Both the position numbers and the translations under genes were made by a program. Shown here one piece after another: positions 1 through 13,876 of a DNA stretch of 64,000 nucleotides. A model generated the notes under the pieces. That model did not search any database and was not told the origin of the DNA. It was given only the letters and a program-made list of their open reading frames with translations. Source of the DNA: Octopus sinensis (Eukaryota); the NCBI RefSeq assembly GCF_006345805.1, contig NC_042998.1, positions 30,380,001 through 30,444,000 on the forward strand, given 5' to 3'. Position 1 is the stretch's first letter. Each line of letters opens with the position of its first letter.

Positions 1-625
1 TTAGCCATATTCTTACAACCGTTGAAAATTTCGGATCAAGAATTCAGTTGTGTGATTTCTTAGAGCTGAAAAGGATCTGAGTACGCATAACTTATATTTT
101 TTTTGATCCGTTAACGTACGGTGTGGATTTTTCGGCTATTTTCTATTTTCTCATATGTGGTGTCGCGTTCGACTACAATCCCCATGAGTGGTTAGCCGAC
201 TTAGTAGCTTTACTCTTGTCCTGGGTCAGAAGAAAGACGTGATTAGCATAGCGATTTTTTAATTCACATTCACATAGTCCGATATAGCTCTTCTAAGCGG
301 TTGTATTATCATCTAGTGTCAATGTAATTTCTGCTTCACATATGACGGATTTAATCATACATCTTTTGTGGAGTGGATAGGTTTCTGGGTATCGACAGTT
401 GCAACTTGGAATGGGATCTTATTGTTGTTGTGGTGTTATGATGCTTTTCATATTTGGGCAGCAACTATATGATAATTTCACTGAGCACCTGTTAAATATT
501 TTCCTGTGCCTGTGATTTTCGAAAAAAAAATGTTTGTCTAGGAGAGACAAGAATCTGTCACTTATGTTAGTTTCAGCATTAAGGAGAAAGGGAGGGGTGG
601 ACTAAATTATTTTCCTCGATCTGTT
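1..625 (-). mobile_element. Degenerate Penelope-like element, RT-thumb/linker plus GIY-YIG endonuclease remnant (runs off the window start)
   Basis: Manual minus-strand translation gives RSRKII*STPPF..TNISDRFLSLLDKHF / KIFNRCSVKLSYSCCPNMKSII / SCNCRYPETYPLHKRC..SVICEAEI..KSYIGLCECELKNRYANH, the PLE CNCR..C/YIG/R..H pattern, broken by stops and frameshifts. Confidence 0.8.
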
Positions 626-720
626 TTGTAACAGTGATGTAACAGTCCTGATTAATGTAATTCATTGATTATATTAAAGGTATAATATGTGCTTATTACG
701 AACGGCATCTTTTCTTTATC

Positions 721-1137
721 TTTTACCTTGTTTCTCTCATTGGACTGTGGCCATGCTGGAGTATCGCCTTGAAGAATTTTAGTCCAAAGTTTCGACCTCA
801 GTACTTTTTCCTTTTAAGTCTGGCATTTATTCATTCGGCCTCTTTTGCCGAACCTCTAGATTGCGGGGACATAAACACACCAACAGCGGTTGTCAAGCGA
901 TGGTTGGCACAAACACAGACATAGACACATAAGCACCACCACACACAGACACACATATATATAATCACATACAAATATAGAAATAAGACGGGCTTCTTTT
1001 ATTTTCCGTCTACCAAATAAACTTAGAAGGTTTTAGTCGGTCCTAGGCTATAGTGAATGATACTTGCCCAAGGTGCCGCGCAGAGGGACTGAACTCGCAA
1101 GTATGTGGTTACAAAGGGAACTTCTAACCACGCAGCC
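721..1137 (-). mobile_element. SINE family B (tRNA-like head, internal CA/TA microsatellite, CCAGCATGGCC..hairpin tail), diverged copy
   Basis: Homologous to the copies at 15605-16041 and 22987-23406 (ggcaccttgggcaag, cgcttgacaacc, agcatggcc motifs). Confidence 0.8.
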
Positions 1138-2762
1138 TATGAATTAAATAAAATAAACTCGCAGAAAGTAAGGACAAACTGCACAAAATATTTAAACAAA
1201 GATAAAACGAAGGCGAATAAAACAAGCAGTAAAGGATAAAACTAGAGCAGTCTAAAACCTCACCAATCTTATTGATAGATGAAATAGCAGCAAAAATCTT
1301 ATTCGCTATCTCAGAATGTATAATGAATTGTGTATGCAGAATTGTGTTACTGTGAGTTCTATACAAAAGTAATGTAAGACATAAAATTCAAAAGGATTAT
1401 GGAGAACGTAGAATTCCCTCTACAAGATGTTCAATAATTTACCAGAAAAAAAGGATACACTCGAAACGATAATTTGTAACAAGTAATAAAAACGAGCATT
1501 ATAACAAATGGACTTGCGTTAACGTCGCAAAGAATCTGACAAAAGAAGAGAAAATAATACAACAGAACAGAAGGGTATCGCTGAAGATGGATCATGATAA
1601 ACACCTAAGCAATCTATAAAGAAAAACGTACATCAGGAAAGAATAAATATATATACTGTCTACAGAAACATTCTAGCCGGGTATCAAGTTTAACCATGTA
1701 ATTTATTCAGTATTGCTGTTATTATCCACAAGCAACTTGTGTAATAGGAAACCGCTTGCAGGCTTCTGGGTGTGTAGGCTTCAGATACATATAAAGCTGT
1801 TAAAGAAAATTAATGGGGGATATAAATAAGTTAAGTAAAGAAACGAAGATCACTAGTTTACAGAATACACAGATTTGCACGTACAGAAGAATCAATGAAA
1901 TAAATATTATGGTACACAAATACAGAAATGCTTAAGAAGGAAGATTATAGTCGAATTACATTAATAATTATACCGAGTAAAATATTAGAAGAAAAATTAA
2001 GGGGATGCGCACAAACGCTTGAGCTGTCTCGGCAATAATTTGAAGTTTCAATATTTTGACAGGAAATTAACTGAAGGACAGGAAGGAAAAAAAAGAATTA
2101 AAAAATCAGTGGCTGAGTATACTTCAACCTATATCAAACATTAGAAAATTTACTACAAATACAGCCTAATAAAAACAGATATAGCTACCTTTTATCTTTT
2201 GTTTATTTAATTCTTCTCAGTACGGCCATGCTGTGTTACCAGCCCGGAGAACTTTGGTAGTACAAAATTATAGCATGGAAACTATGCTAAAAAATGAAGT
2301 ATCAAGAGAAAATAAGCGTTTTGATACGTGACTGGTAATGCTGCAAAGATATGAATGTTGTTGATCCACATTATGAGGATGATTTAGTCTAATCGATCAG
2401 ATACTTTTGTGAAACGCTATCACGGAAATACATGTATAATAATTGAAGCACTAATTCAAACAAATGATAACATATCTGAAAATAAAGTAGAACCCATAAT
2501 AAAGATACAGGAATTTAGAATGTGGAGACGGAAAGCTCACAAAATCTGTACAATGAACGATTGCTGAGAATACTTTTTTTAAGCGCTTGAGAACGATTAC
2601 ATAAGCTGCTCTATATAAAATTATGATATAGGTACCTTGTAGAGTTTACCAAGACTATAATCCCTAAATTCTAAATAGTTTGAGGATATGCACACGTAAC
2701 ACATGTTAAACTTGAATGTGTTTATTAATCTTGATCCTGTACTTAAACATTTGTTAACCCAG

Positions 2763-2814
2763 ATTATTATTATTATTATTATTATCATATTTATTATTAT
2801 TATTTTTCATGTCC

Positions 2815-2863
<49 letters not shown>

Positions 2864-2910
2864 TGTATTATTTATTTATTATTATTATTACTATTATTAT
2901 TATTATTTTG
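2763..2910. repeat. (ATT)n microsatellite
   Basis: Direct reading; explains the poly-Ile/Tyr ORF 2703-3083. Confidence 0.95.
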
Positions 2911-4167
2911 ATTATCACGAACATTTCTTTATCTATTTTAACATTTGCTTCGACCATGAATATATTTGCTTACACTTAATTTTTATGAGGAGGAAGAGGG
3001 GGATGGGGAGGAAGGGAAAGCACTGGTGTGGAATGTATAACAATATGAAAGTAGAATCAAAAGTCCTCAGTAAAAATATATAAATATCCCCGATAATATT
3101 CCGAAAATTAAGGAAGTCATTAGAAGCTGGGTGATGTTAAAAGGTTAATGCTAATTACAAATTATAAACATATTCTACCGTATGGGATTATTAAACTTAA
3201 AATATATTGATTAAATAGTATACAGCAAATAGTAAATGAAGAAACGTGGGACTAGGAAAACAAGATATATCTTTTCAATGCAGAGTGAACTAAACGATCG
3301 CAATTACTATAACTGATATTTATTTTCTGCCTCATTTTATCAGCGAAAAAATATTTTCCCTGAATTATTTACAACAGTAATTAAAATATGATTATTTACA
3401 ATATTAATTAACTAAGAAGATAAGGAACATACGGAACAGAGAAAGCAATAGGAAATGAACGTAAAATTCAATTAATGGTAAACGGCTCAAGATTCTGCTC
3501 TGCTCTGCTCTGCCAAACAGCAACCGGTTCTGTCACGAGTATAATGAGAATACTGGCATGACTTTAGCTAACTCACAATCCCGATGCCTGTCGCCCAATG
3601 CTAGCAATAAAAATATGAAGTGCTTTGAAAAGAACCTTAAAACATTACACACTATATTGAAGAACATTCGATGAAAAATTAAGATAGTTTGCCCACAAAT
3701 GAACAACAGGCATTTATGAAACCTATGAACATATATTTTAAAACTCTCCTAATAACCTTAGCTGAATAGCGAGATCTAAAATTTTTAGTAATAAAAGAAA
3801 GCAATACGGTAGGACGCAGAACACAACATAATATATTCTAAACTCCACTAGAAAGATCTAGCAACAGATGCAATGAACAGACAAACTCAATGCTAATAAT
3901 GACAAGTAGTAATAATAATAATAATAATAATAGCAAATATCAGTTATAGCCAACAGAAATTAATTACTGATGTAGCTTAGATAATATTACTGTATCAATT
4001 AAACAATGGTTTGAAGAAATAAAACATACAAGAGCTGTAGAAGAACAATAGACATTAACAGCGATGATGATAGCAGAAGTAACAGTAGCAATATTAATGT
4101 TGCCGATGAGTGTATCAATAACAATATTAATATTATCATACTGCTAACCTATAATGCCTAAATTTCA

Positions 4168-4579
4168 AGGCGGCGAGCTGGCAGAAACGTTAGCACGCCT
4201 GCCGAGATGCTTAGCGGTATTTCGTCTGCCGTTACGTGCTGAGTTCAAATTCCGTCGAGGTCGACTTTGCCTTTCATCCTTTCGGGGTCGATAAATTAAG
4301 TACCAGTTACGCACTGAGGTCGATGTAATCGATTTAATCCGTTTGTCTGTCCTTGTTTGTTCCATCTATGTTTAGCCCCTTGTGGGTAGTAAAGAAATAG
4401 GTATTTCGTCTGTCTCTACGTTCTGAGTTCAAATTCCGCCGAGGTCGGCTCTGCCTTTCATCCTTTCGGGGTCGGTAAATTAAGTACAAGTTACGCACTG
4501 AGGTCGATGTAATCGATTTAATCCGTTTGTCTGTCCTTGTTTGTCCCGTCTATGTTTAGCCCCTTGTGGATAATAAAGG
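4168..4579 (+). mobile_element. SINE family C, head-to-tail dimer
   Basis: ggcggcgagctggcagaaacgttagc head, GAGTTCAAATTCC B-box-like motif, gcctttcatcctttcggggtcg core; second unit starts at aaataggtatt|tcgtctg (~4400). Confidence 0.9.
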
Positions 4580-5380
4580 AACACATATATTCATATATTT
4601 CATCCTTGCCAGGAAGACCAGCCTGTGCTTCTAACAGATTAGGATACATTTTGTAGGAATTAACAGTCAGCAGGAAAATTATATATCAACAACAGCTTAT
4701 TAATTTACGACTGTATATAATAACAGCTCTGAAAAATTGAAACTTTATTAGAAAATAACATTGATTTTAGGAAGCTATACGTAACGTAAAGTATTAAGTT
4801 CAGCTTTCAATACAGAATCATATAAGTGAGTTAAAGAATTTTTTGCAGGTTTGTATTCTAGCACTAACAGAACATTGTGGTCTCCATCGAATAAGTTTAC
4901 TAGAGATAAGAACAACCAGCTTGGAATAGCTGCCTGGAAGCGTAAATTAAAGTAGAGAAGCTAGTAAAATAATCAAGATGTACCGTGATAAGACCCTCTC
5001 CCAAAAAGTAAATATGAAAACGGATCCCGTCTGATAAGGATAGTAATAACAATAGATACGAGTGCAAATATTCGAATATTTAAAAGAACGAATACCCATC
5101 TTCATAGATTAAAAATAGTGTTTGATGGAGAAAAACTTCTCACAAGATTAGACTTTCGATACCATTTGTAAACATTCTCTAGGACAACACACGGTAAGTG
5201 TTTAGAAGTAAATAAGATACACTAAAAATGTTAAAACGTTTTGGAAACCCCCATTTTGTTAAATAGACCAGAGAACATCAATACAAATAGCCAGTTCGAA
5301 AATTATGTTATAGAACACAAATTTCGAAGCAGAGTTAAAAATCAATTATTGCTAGATAGAAATTAGAAGTGAGTGGAATA

Positions 5381-5958
5381 CTACTACTACTATGGCAATC
5401 CCTCAAGGTCGAGGATGATGGTCTTCGCGCAAATTTATTGGTGAGTCCGCAGGTGACTGATAAGACCAATTCTTGCTCGAAAAGATCGGTCAGAGTGCGG
5501 ACATCTAGTGCCGGAAGGGAGAGTCGCATGTGGTTGTTGTTGGCGCTCCTTCCGTCGTCGTCTTTTCTCCTCCAGCTTTGCAAACCTTTTCGAGTCGAAA
5601 TTCGCCGTTCCCTCATGGATGGTGGTTTTCCAGAGTGGTCTGTTTTTTGCCGTTTCTTCCCAGTTGGTGAAGTCAATGTCACACTTTTTGAGGTTTGATT
5701 TCAGGGAGTCCTTGTAGCGTTTCTTCTGGCCTCCTTTTGTACGCTTGCCGTCTTTGAGTTGGGAGTAGAAGATCTGTTTGGGAAGTCGTTCGTCAGTCAT
5801 TCTAACCACGTGGCCGCTCCATCTTAGTTGGCCTTTGATGACATAGGCTTCGATGCTGGTCATTTTTGCTTCTTGTAGCACGCTGACGTTAGTTCTTCTG
5901 TCTTCCCAGCTGATGTTGAGGATCTTCCGAAGACAGCGTTGGTGAAATTTCTCGAGCG
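5381..5958 (-). mobile_element. 5'-truncated RTE-clade LINE (C-terminal RT extension plus C2H2-like finger)
   Basis: ORF 5435-5881 QLRWSGHVVRMTDERLPKQIFYSQLKDGKR..GGQKKRYKDSLK..SHLRTH; (TAG)n tail; 13-bp TSD AGTGAGTGGAATA at 5368-5380 and 5959-5971. Confidence 0.93.
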
Positions 5959-6683
5959 AGTGAGTGGAATAATTGTAGGATCAAATGTATCTTCTCACGT
6001 AACTAGCAGCTACGCATCAACGCTTGCTCGCAGCAACTGTCGCCGATCAGACTGACGTAGAAGATTCTACAATCCAAATTTACTTGTTGATAAGTCCCAA
6101 GGTGACTTTGACTCAACAGACCAATTATGAAAGCATTCCAGTCGTAACATTCTCCTTGTATATACAAGACTACATTTTTATGTGCCCTGCTTTTAAGACA
6201 AGTGTTGAGATCCAAATACAAAGAGGTTCGAAGAGAGACAGGCAGACTGGTTGATGAGTTTGAAATTAACGATACAAAACAACACATGCAATACAACGTG
6301 CGTATAACATGCATAAAGATTCCTACATACGATGTCACAAAGCGACTTAAGAATATGTATTCATACACAAGATCTTGACTTGCTTTCGTTTTCCTATTTC
6401 TTAACAAGGTAAGAGCCGATTTCTAACCCAGTGACAACCCTATTTAATTAGAATTTATATAACATCCCCTTAGTAGACGCGTATACATAATGCAAATATG
6501 AATGATATTGCATGTGTGCAACTCTTTGCGTGAACACTGAAAGTGTGCAGTTTTTATTGTTATAAATGACTGGTATTTGTAATTTTCTAATTAACAAAAC
6601 TTTCTTTCTGGTTTTGTGCAGCCCGGTTTCTCATGATTACTTCAATGGCGGTTAGTGACATATGTGGATGGAATGGATGTAGG

Positions 6684-7048
6684 TACTCCGTCGGTTACGA
6701 CGACGAGGGTTCCGGTTGATCCGAATCAACGGAAATTAACATGTAAGTGGCTGAGCACTCCACAGACACGTGTACCCTTAACGTAGTTCTCGGGGATATT
6801 CAGCGTGACACAGAGAGTGACAAGGCCGGCCCTTTGAAATACAGGTACAACAGAAACAGGAAGTAAGAGTGAGAGAAAGTTGTGGTGAAAGAGTACAGCA
6901 GGGATCACCACCATCCCCTGCCGGGGCCTCGTGGAGCTTTAGGTGTTTTCGCTCAATAAACACTCACAACGCCCGGTCTGGGAATCGAAACCGCGATCCT
7001 ACGACCGCGAGTCCGCTGCCCTATCCACTGGGCCATTGCGCCTCCACA
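6684..7048 (-). mobile_element. SINE family A (tRNA-derived, tail 1)
   Basis: Minus strand reads ggaggcgcaaTGGCCCAGTGG..GGTTTCGATTCC (A/B boxes) and ends gtcgtcgtaaccgacggagt; near-identical to 13513-13876 and 26185-26599. Confidence 0.92.
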
Positions 7049-7544
7049 GTGACATATGTAACTACAGATACACAGCTATTGCTTGAAACTGGCTGGAGTA
7101 TCGTAACTGCTGGTTGTTTATTAGTTCCGACAGAAGTTATATATTTAGACGAGTCTAACATTATGCTATATTTCCCTGGACAACTGTTGTCTACCTTCGG
7201 CTTCGACATGAAAGTATGCCCTTTGAAATATATCCATGCGATATTGTATATTATCAGTGACAATAGACACTACCTGCATTTAACTACTAAAAGGTATACC
7301 TGTACCAAGACGATAGAATTTAACAAGCAGAAAGTGTCTCTCGCAACAATAATACTGCAATACACTCGGATAGCGCAGCCATACTATGAGCATGTTCCAT
7401 AAAGATTGTCGCTCCTCGGCTATCACAGTTTCGTAAATGTACATCCCTGAACTTCTTTCTTTTCAGATGTCTGTCCAACAGCGATTAATATTGTCGTAAT
7501 CAAAGGAACCCGATGAGAATGGATTTAGACAAGCTGTATGTATG

Positions 7545-8010
7545 TATATATATATTGTAGTTGTCTACTCCTTGAGCAGAGTTTCACCACCTCCTCCTGT
7601 ACCTACATCTTAGAATCATCGTGGCATATGATGTGGATTTTTAAACCAGACAATGTTCTGAAAAGACACCCACATAGATTACATATTAGATGTGAACCAC
7701 CAGCAGCAGCAAATAAGTTCTGATCTTTGTGGATCTTAAAATGTATTTTGAGGCGTCCGTTAGATTTGCCAACCTCCTGGCATACACTGCAATCAAAGGC
7801 AATACTCAATTTCCATGGGTTCGCAAATAAGATTTGAACCCAGCAACAGAAAGACATAGTCTGTCACAAACTGTGCACACAAAAAGATCATTGTGATTCA
7901 CTTTCATGATCGCAACAGTCTTCCTTAGATCTCTTTTGAGTCTTGCATACGTTATCCTGGCCTCTTCAAACGCTTTCACTCTACTCAACACTTTTGTTTG
8001 TCATCCAACT
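7545..8010 (-). mobile_element. RTE-type LINE 3' fragment with three C2H2-like fingers, frameshifted
   Basis: ORFs 7806-7991 (AFEEARITYARLKRDLRK..FVCTVCDRLCLSVAGFKSYLRTH) and 7603-7857 (FDCSVC..KIHFKIH; LICNLC..LKIHIICH). Confidence 0.72.
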
Positions 8011-8014
8011 CGAT

Positions 8015-8372
<358 letters not shown>

Positions 8373-8464
8373 TATATGTAGGTATGTATATACATAATAG
8401 GACACTTCGCTGATTGCAGCGTACAACACAAACGTCTGAATTTAATGTGTGTTTGTATATATAT

Positions 8465-8498
<34 letters not shown>

Positions 8499-10979
8499 CA
8501 AACACTAGATTCAGCCCTATGTGCCTGCAATCAGCGAAATGTCTTGCTTTGGGTTGGGAGGCTCAGTCTTGGCTTACTCACACCAAACAGGTTTGTGTAT
8601 TTATATGTCTATTGAGAACGAACCGTTAAATTTCTATCTGACAACAGTGACTAAACATCGGATTTAGAACTTCTAACCTGAAAGTATCAAATTCTGAACA
8701 CAATAATAATTTAGAATTTTAGAATTTGTGCTTTTGGAATAATCAAAATTAAAACATCGTCGGAATTTCTTCTAGGTTATGTATCTTTGCCCACTGCAGA
8801 TTTCTCTCTGCAATGAGAATGTATATTCTTTAAAAGCTGCTTCACTTACATCGGTTGATTGTGCTTATATGTCTTTGTATGTATACTCATAGATTCAATT
8901 AAATGCCTTACTAATAGTGAGGCATTATATGGAAATATCATTGACATGTCCCGAATTCAAGAACTAGAAGGTAGCCATCGCTATTTATAACGCTACTTAG
9001 CATTCCTCCTTCATTTATGTGTTAAATATATAGACCATGAAATCGGAAATGTTTTTAAGTAGTTAGGAAAATAATCTACTTAACTTATATAGATCAACTG
9101 AAAATTTATGCAAAGTCATGTCTGCATATAATCACTCTTAAAAACAATAAGTATTTGGAGCTGTCCTATTATTAGATGCTGTATCAAGTATACACACTCT
9201 GCATAAGATTAATCACGAACTAAACAATTTAACAAAGTAAAACATAAATTGGAGATGAATATCGGTCAGCTGGATTGTATTGAACATTACAAATATTTAG
9301 TTTTCTTTAAAGGTGCTTTATTTAAACTGAAAGCACTAAATGAATCTTCTGTAATGCCACATAGAAATCTTTATGTAAGGTGGTGGGTGTCTAATGAAAA
9401 AGAAAAAGCAAAACACAGGCATAAAATGAATGGAGACAAACACCAATGTATAGATACGATATTATCAAATAGATGTCAAAAAGACATATAGTAACAATGT
9501 TATTAAATAAATGCCAAACAAAATTGCAAAAATGGACTATCATGGCAGTAGGAAAACCTCATAGAATCCAAATACCAATAGTCGATGGGATAATGTAAAA
9601 AATAAGAACAAAACTTTTACATGAAAATGAATACCTGCAGAAAATGAAGCTAGCATCAAACAAATATATAATTTGAAATAGCACTCTGATCCATAATATG
9701 TATATTCATGAACGAATCGTTTCCAACGAAAGTATAAAATTACAACAGACCACAATATCAGTAGCATAATACCGATAGGCGATATATTGGGAAATACTAT
9801 TGAAAATTTAAACCGAACGAGATAATACTTGCTATACAGAATGTGTACACATGCGAGTAGAGAAGTCTCACTTCGATAAAGCATCCATCATAAAGGATAT
9901 AATGGATTTCTCTACGGGTCAGTATTTCCTCTAAGAGATAAAATAAATGCCGAAAGTTCGTTACAGAATTGGATATATTTTAGAAAGCCTTTTCTTCTTC
10001 TTGTCAAGGAGAATTCCCAGTTCATATCGAATGAATCAGAAAGTGACGCTGATATGCGAGGCAAATATATCGAGAAATATATTCATGTATACAGAATTCT
10101 TGATACATATACATGTCTGTTCCTCTTGCTGAAGAGTCCACATTACTGAGTAATTATGTACAAGATCTAATTTTAAGCTGGTGCTCTATTTTTGGTATAA
10201 TAAAGTGATTAATAATATTCATTAAACTCGTTCAGAAGTATTACATATGTCTATAATATTAATCGTTATTCGAGAAAGATGGGGAAAATTATTTAATACT
10301 CTGTCTGTATAATTAATTTCTTTCTATATTATTCTTTATATATTTCTTGTTAAATGCTAGGTCTGCCAATGTATGTTCGTTTAAGAGAGCAAACAAAAAT
10401 CTAATTATATGAGACATGCTTCTTGATTGCCAACAGGGAATAATTATATCATCGCCTATAGTCGCGATCGAAGCATTCAATGATGTTTTTGTATAAATAT
10501 GCGCATATCTTCTGTTAACATTTATCTGATAACTTAGTCGTCAGTTTGTTATCAGAAATTTGTGTGATCTGAAAGAAATTGATATGACCTATAGATTATA
10601 TATTAGCAAGGCATTAGAGACAAGTGTCGTAAAACTAAAATTGGTATTAAAGTGAGCAGGGAATAAATATTAATTTTGCCGAGGGTAATAATTATATAAA
10701 ATCACAATTTATATAATACGAGATAACATATTTCAGAAGTATTTTGTGTATTGGAGTTTTAGAGTTTTACTTAATGCAAACACACACACAAACATATATA
10801 TAAGAGATAATGGTGTCATTGAGACCCAAAGGTGCCAGGTAATGCTGAATAGACAGACCATAGTTAAGTTCCAGACTCGGTAATATTGCGAATAAAGTAT
10901 TCAACGTTGGTTCTATGTCACCGTGTGTATATAAGACCTGTTTTGGCGTAATAAGATAAAAAATCAAGGCTGTATAGCT

Positions 10980-11700
10980 ATTAGAGCATTTTTAGATCGA
11001 AGGTCTTACAGTTGTTTCTAGGATATTAATTAATAATATCCCTTCATCGGAGACGGTGTGAGAGGAAAAATTAAGTCATAGTTAGTTTCGATGTGATACA
11101 AATAGAGAGTGAGGTGGAGGAAAAAAAATAGATGTAAGATATGCATACTGGTATATATACAATATTCCAATTTCCTTTGAGTAAAATCCAAACGTCCAAC
11201 AGAGTTTAATATGAGTCCATCCAAATATAGAGTTTTTAAGCAATGTAAGATTTTCTTAAACTTGGTCATTCTCAGTAGGGAATTTATATAGAGTGTAGCA
11301 GAGTCAAGGTTTGTATTTAAACTGACCTAGAATTAGGGAGTGTATTAGTATGGTTAAATTGAAAACAAGAAGAGAGGAATGAAAAAAAAGAGAAAAAAGA
11401 GGAGAGAATGAAAGAGAAAGGAGGGAGAAGATTAGTAAAAATAACAAAAAAAATTAAAATAAAGAATAAAGACCCTGGAGAATAAAGGGAATAAAGAAAA
11501 GAAAAAAGAAAAATTAAGATATAGATCGGTCAGTGGCCAGTGGAGATAATTTGAAAGTAGGAATGGGGATAGAGAGAGAAAGGTATTATAGTGTAAGAGA
11601 TAGAGGAATGTGGGGTTAAGAAGTAGAGGAAGGTCAATGTGTAGTAATAGCTTCAAAATTGTGAAGCAAATATATGATGAATTAAGGAAATAGCAGTGTT
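10980..11700 (-). mobile_element. Highly degraded PLE 3' end with terminal hammerhead
   Basis: Minus ORF KKILHCLKTLYLDGLIL resembles the PLE C-terminal WI..LKTL.P.GLN motif, and an HHR motif lies just downstream (11003-11054). Confidence 0.5.
11003..11054 (-). ncRNA. Type I hammerhead ribozyme motif, CCGAUGA core variant
   Basis: GTCT-CCGATGA-A-GGGATATTA(TTAAT)TAATATCCT-A-GAAA-CAACTG-TA^AGAC: stem I GTCT/AGAC, 9-bp stem II, GUA cleavage triplet. Confidence 0.65.
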
Positions 11701-11779
11701 AAGTAGTCTAAGAAAATATATATGTGAAGATGTACATACATGTATATAGCAGATAAGTTACAAAATATAAGTTACAAAT

Positions 11780-12455
11780 ACAATACTCGTGTATCATCGT
11801 CTCTGGATATGCAGTTATATATACCTGCATGTGTACATATGTTTACATATACTCACATGCATGCATATATGCATACCCTCACTCGTACATATATACGCAC
11901 GCGTAAGTATCGTGTCAGTTCTAAGTGTCGACAGTACTTCAATCTCTATGTTATTAATTGAACCTCCATGTACTGCCTGAGCATGTTGGTAGAGCGGTGA
12001 CGACCGTTTCCCTTATTCGATCTCTCGCCAATGGTCACCTATACGCTCACCTATACTGCGTGCAGTCTCTCCTGTGTAGGTAGTTTCATGTTCCTGCACC
12101 GACCCTCAGTACATCGTAAGCTATATATTATGTTCCTAACCTTACAGTTAACATGAGGGTTCATCCTACATACAACGCAATTATACTCTGTACATGAAGG
12201 GGGTGCTTTTCAAAGGGAAAGGTATTGCAGAGCAGGGATTTTAAAGGGGCACCGAGCCTCTCCACTACTTCGTAGATTAGCCTTACTTAATGTTTTTCTA
12301 AACAGGTATAGTAGTTCGCTGCCAGGGGGAGCATCAGCGAGCATGACACTCTGATACTTTTTGTCGTCATACCAAGTGTTGGTCTTATTTAACTTACTGG
12401 TCCTTTCCGTACTGTACCAGGGTTTACTCCTGTACTGCGGGGATCTGACCACTGC
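11780..12455 (-). mobile_element. PLE fragment, thumb plus GIY-YIG endonuclease
   Basis: WYDDKKYQSVMLADAPPGSEL (ORF 12210-12467), followed by manually read NCKVRNIIYSLRC and TYTGETARSIGERIGDH..SPLYQHAQAVH. Confidence 0.8.
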
Positions 12456-13512
12456 ACATACATACATTCACACACACACACACACACATATATATACATA
12501 CATACATACATACATACATACATACATACATACATACATACATACATACATACATACATTTATCTAAATATATATGATTGAATATGTATTAAAACTTTGC
12601 AAAACGTGAAGAGTTAAAGTGTGTGTGTGTACATATATATGTATATTAGTATAGCACTAGCAACAAAAGAACATGTTTGTTCAAACGAGATGTTGTTCAC
12701 TCTGTGGATACAGTTTATGTTTCAAAACTCATATGAAGGTCAAACGTGTGTATCTTGACATTTGTTGCCATTGGCAGAGAACTAAAAGCTATATGCTTCT
12801 GTTATGAATTTTCAAGAAAATGTATTGAAGCTAAAATCGTTTTCACTTCATCAATTTCTTCATGATGTTCAAAAGGTGAAATATGCAGTAAGATATCGAT
12901 ATGACATCTGTGTTCTTTCAAACACAACAGAAAAGGTATTCATTATTTCTAATATGTTGGTAAAAAGAGAATTATAAACATATCTTAGTATAAATTTGAA
13001 TTATCCACACTTGCATGTAGTTCATACATATATAGACTAATTATTCGTGCATGTATAATGCCTGTTATTTACGTAGATAAGTAACAAAGATAAGTATAAG
13101 TAGACAAAAATGTATACTTCATTAATAATTTTTATACGTGAAATCCTACATAAATTGTTACATGTGTTTACAGTTTTCTCTTGCATAAATATCAACCCTT
13201 GAGGTCATAAGAAATTTTCATGCAGAATATATGATTTTATTAAAACTCATAAGCTCACCCAGAAGTTGCTCGTTGTTGATGCTGTTCTGTTAGTTTCGAA
13301 GAAAAATTATCTCGATGATATTACGTGTTTCATTTCAACTGTGCCTATAAAAGAAAGAATGATAAAGTTTTTGTGGTTTAAGTAAAAATCAACGATGACT
13401 ATCCATGATAGTTTAACTTTAATTTAGTTCCTCCGTTTGACATGTGTGTGCGCGCGTGTGCATGTATGTGACGGAAAGATTGCGTATGTAAATGTGCATA
13501 TGTGTATAAACA

Positions 13513-13876
13513 TGGAAGCACTCCGTCCGTTACGACGATGAGGGTTCACAGCCTGCTCGTGAAATTAACGTGTAAGTGGCTGAGCACTCCACAGACACGT
13601 GTACCCTTAACGTAGTTCTCGGGGATATTCAGCGTGACACAGAGAGTGACAAGGCCGGCCCCTTGAAATACAGGTACAACAGAAACAGGAAGTAAGAGTG
13701 AGAGAAAGTTGTGGTGAAAGAGTACAGCAGGGATCACGACCATCCCCTGCCGGAGCCTCGTGGAGCTTTAGGTGTTTTCGCTCAAAAAACACTCACAACG
13801 CCCGGTCTGGGAATCGAAACTGCGATCCTACGACCGCGAGTCCGCTGCCCTAACCACTGGGCCATTGCGCCTCCAC
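13513..13876 (-). mobile_element. SINE family A (tail 1, ~20-nt deletion near the tail)
   Basis: A/B-box head and body as in the other family A copies. Confidence 0.92.

Noticed and set aside
5000-6300. Possible very old PLE RT remnant around the RTE insertion (PSDK.. at ~5025, TDVEDS at ~6052)
   Set aside because: Matches are too short and degenerate to call by eye; needs a profile-HMM search.
7467-7535. Exon-like segment (polypyrimidine-CAG acceptor, GTATGT donor)
   Set aside because: Stops in all three frames and no supporting neighbouring exons; could only be non-coding, which I cannot show without RNA data.
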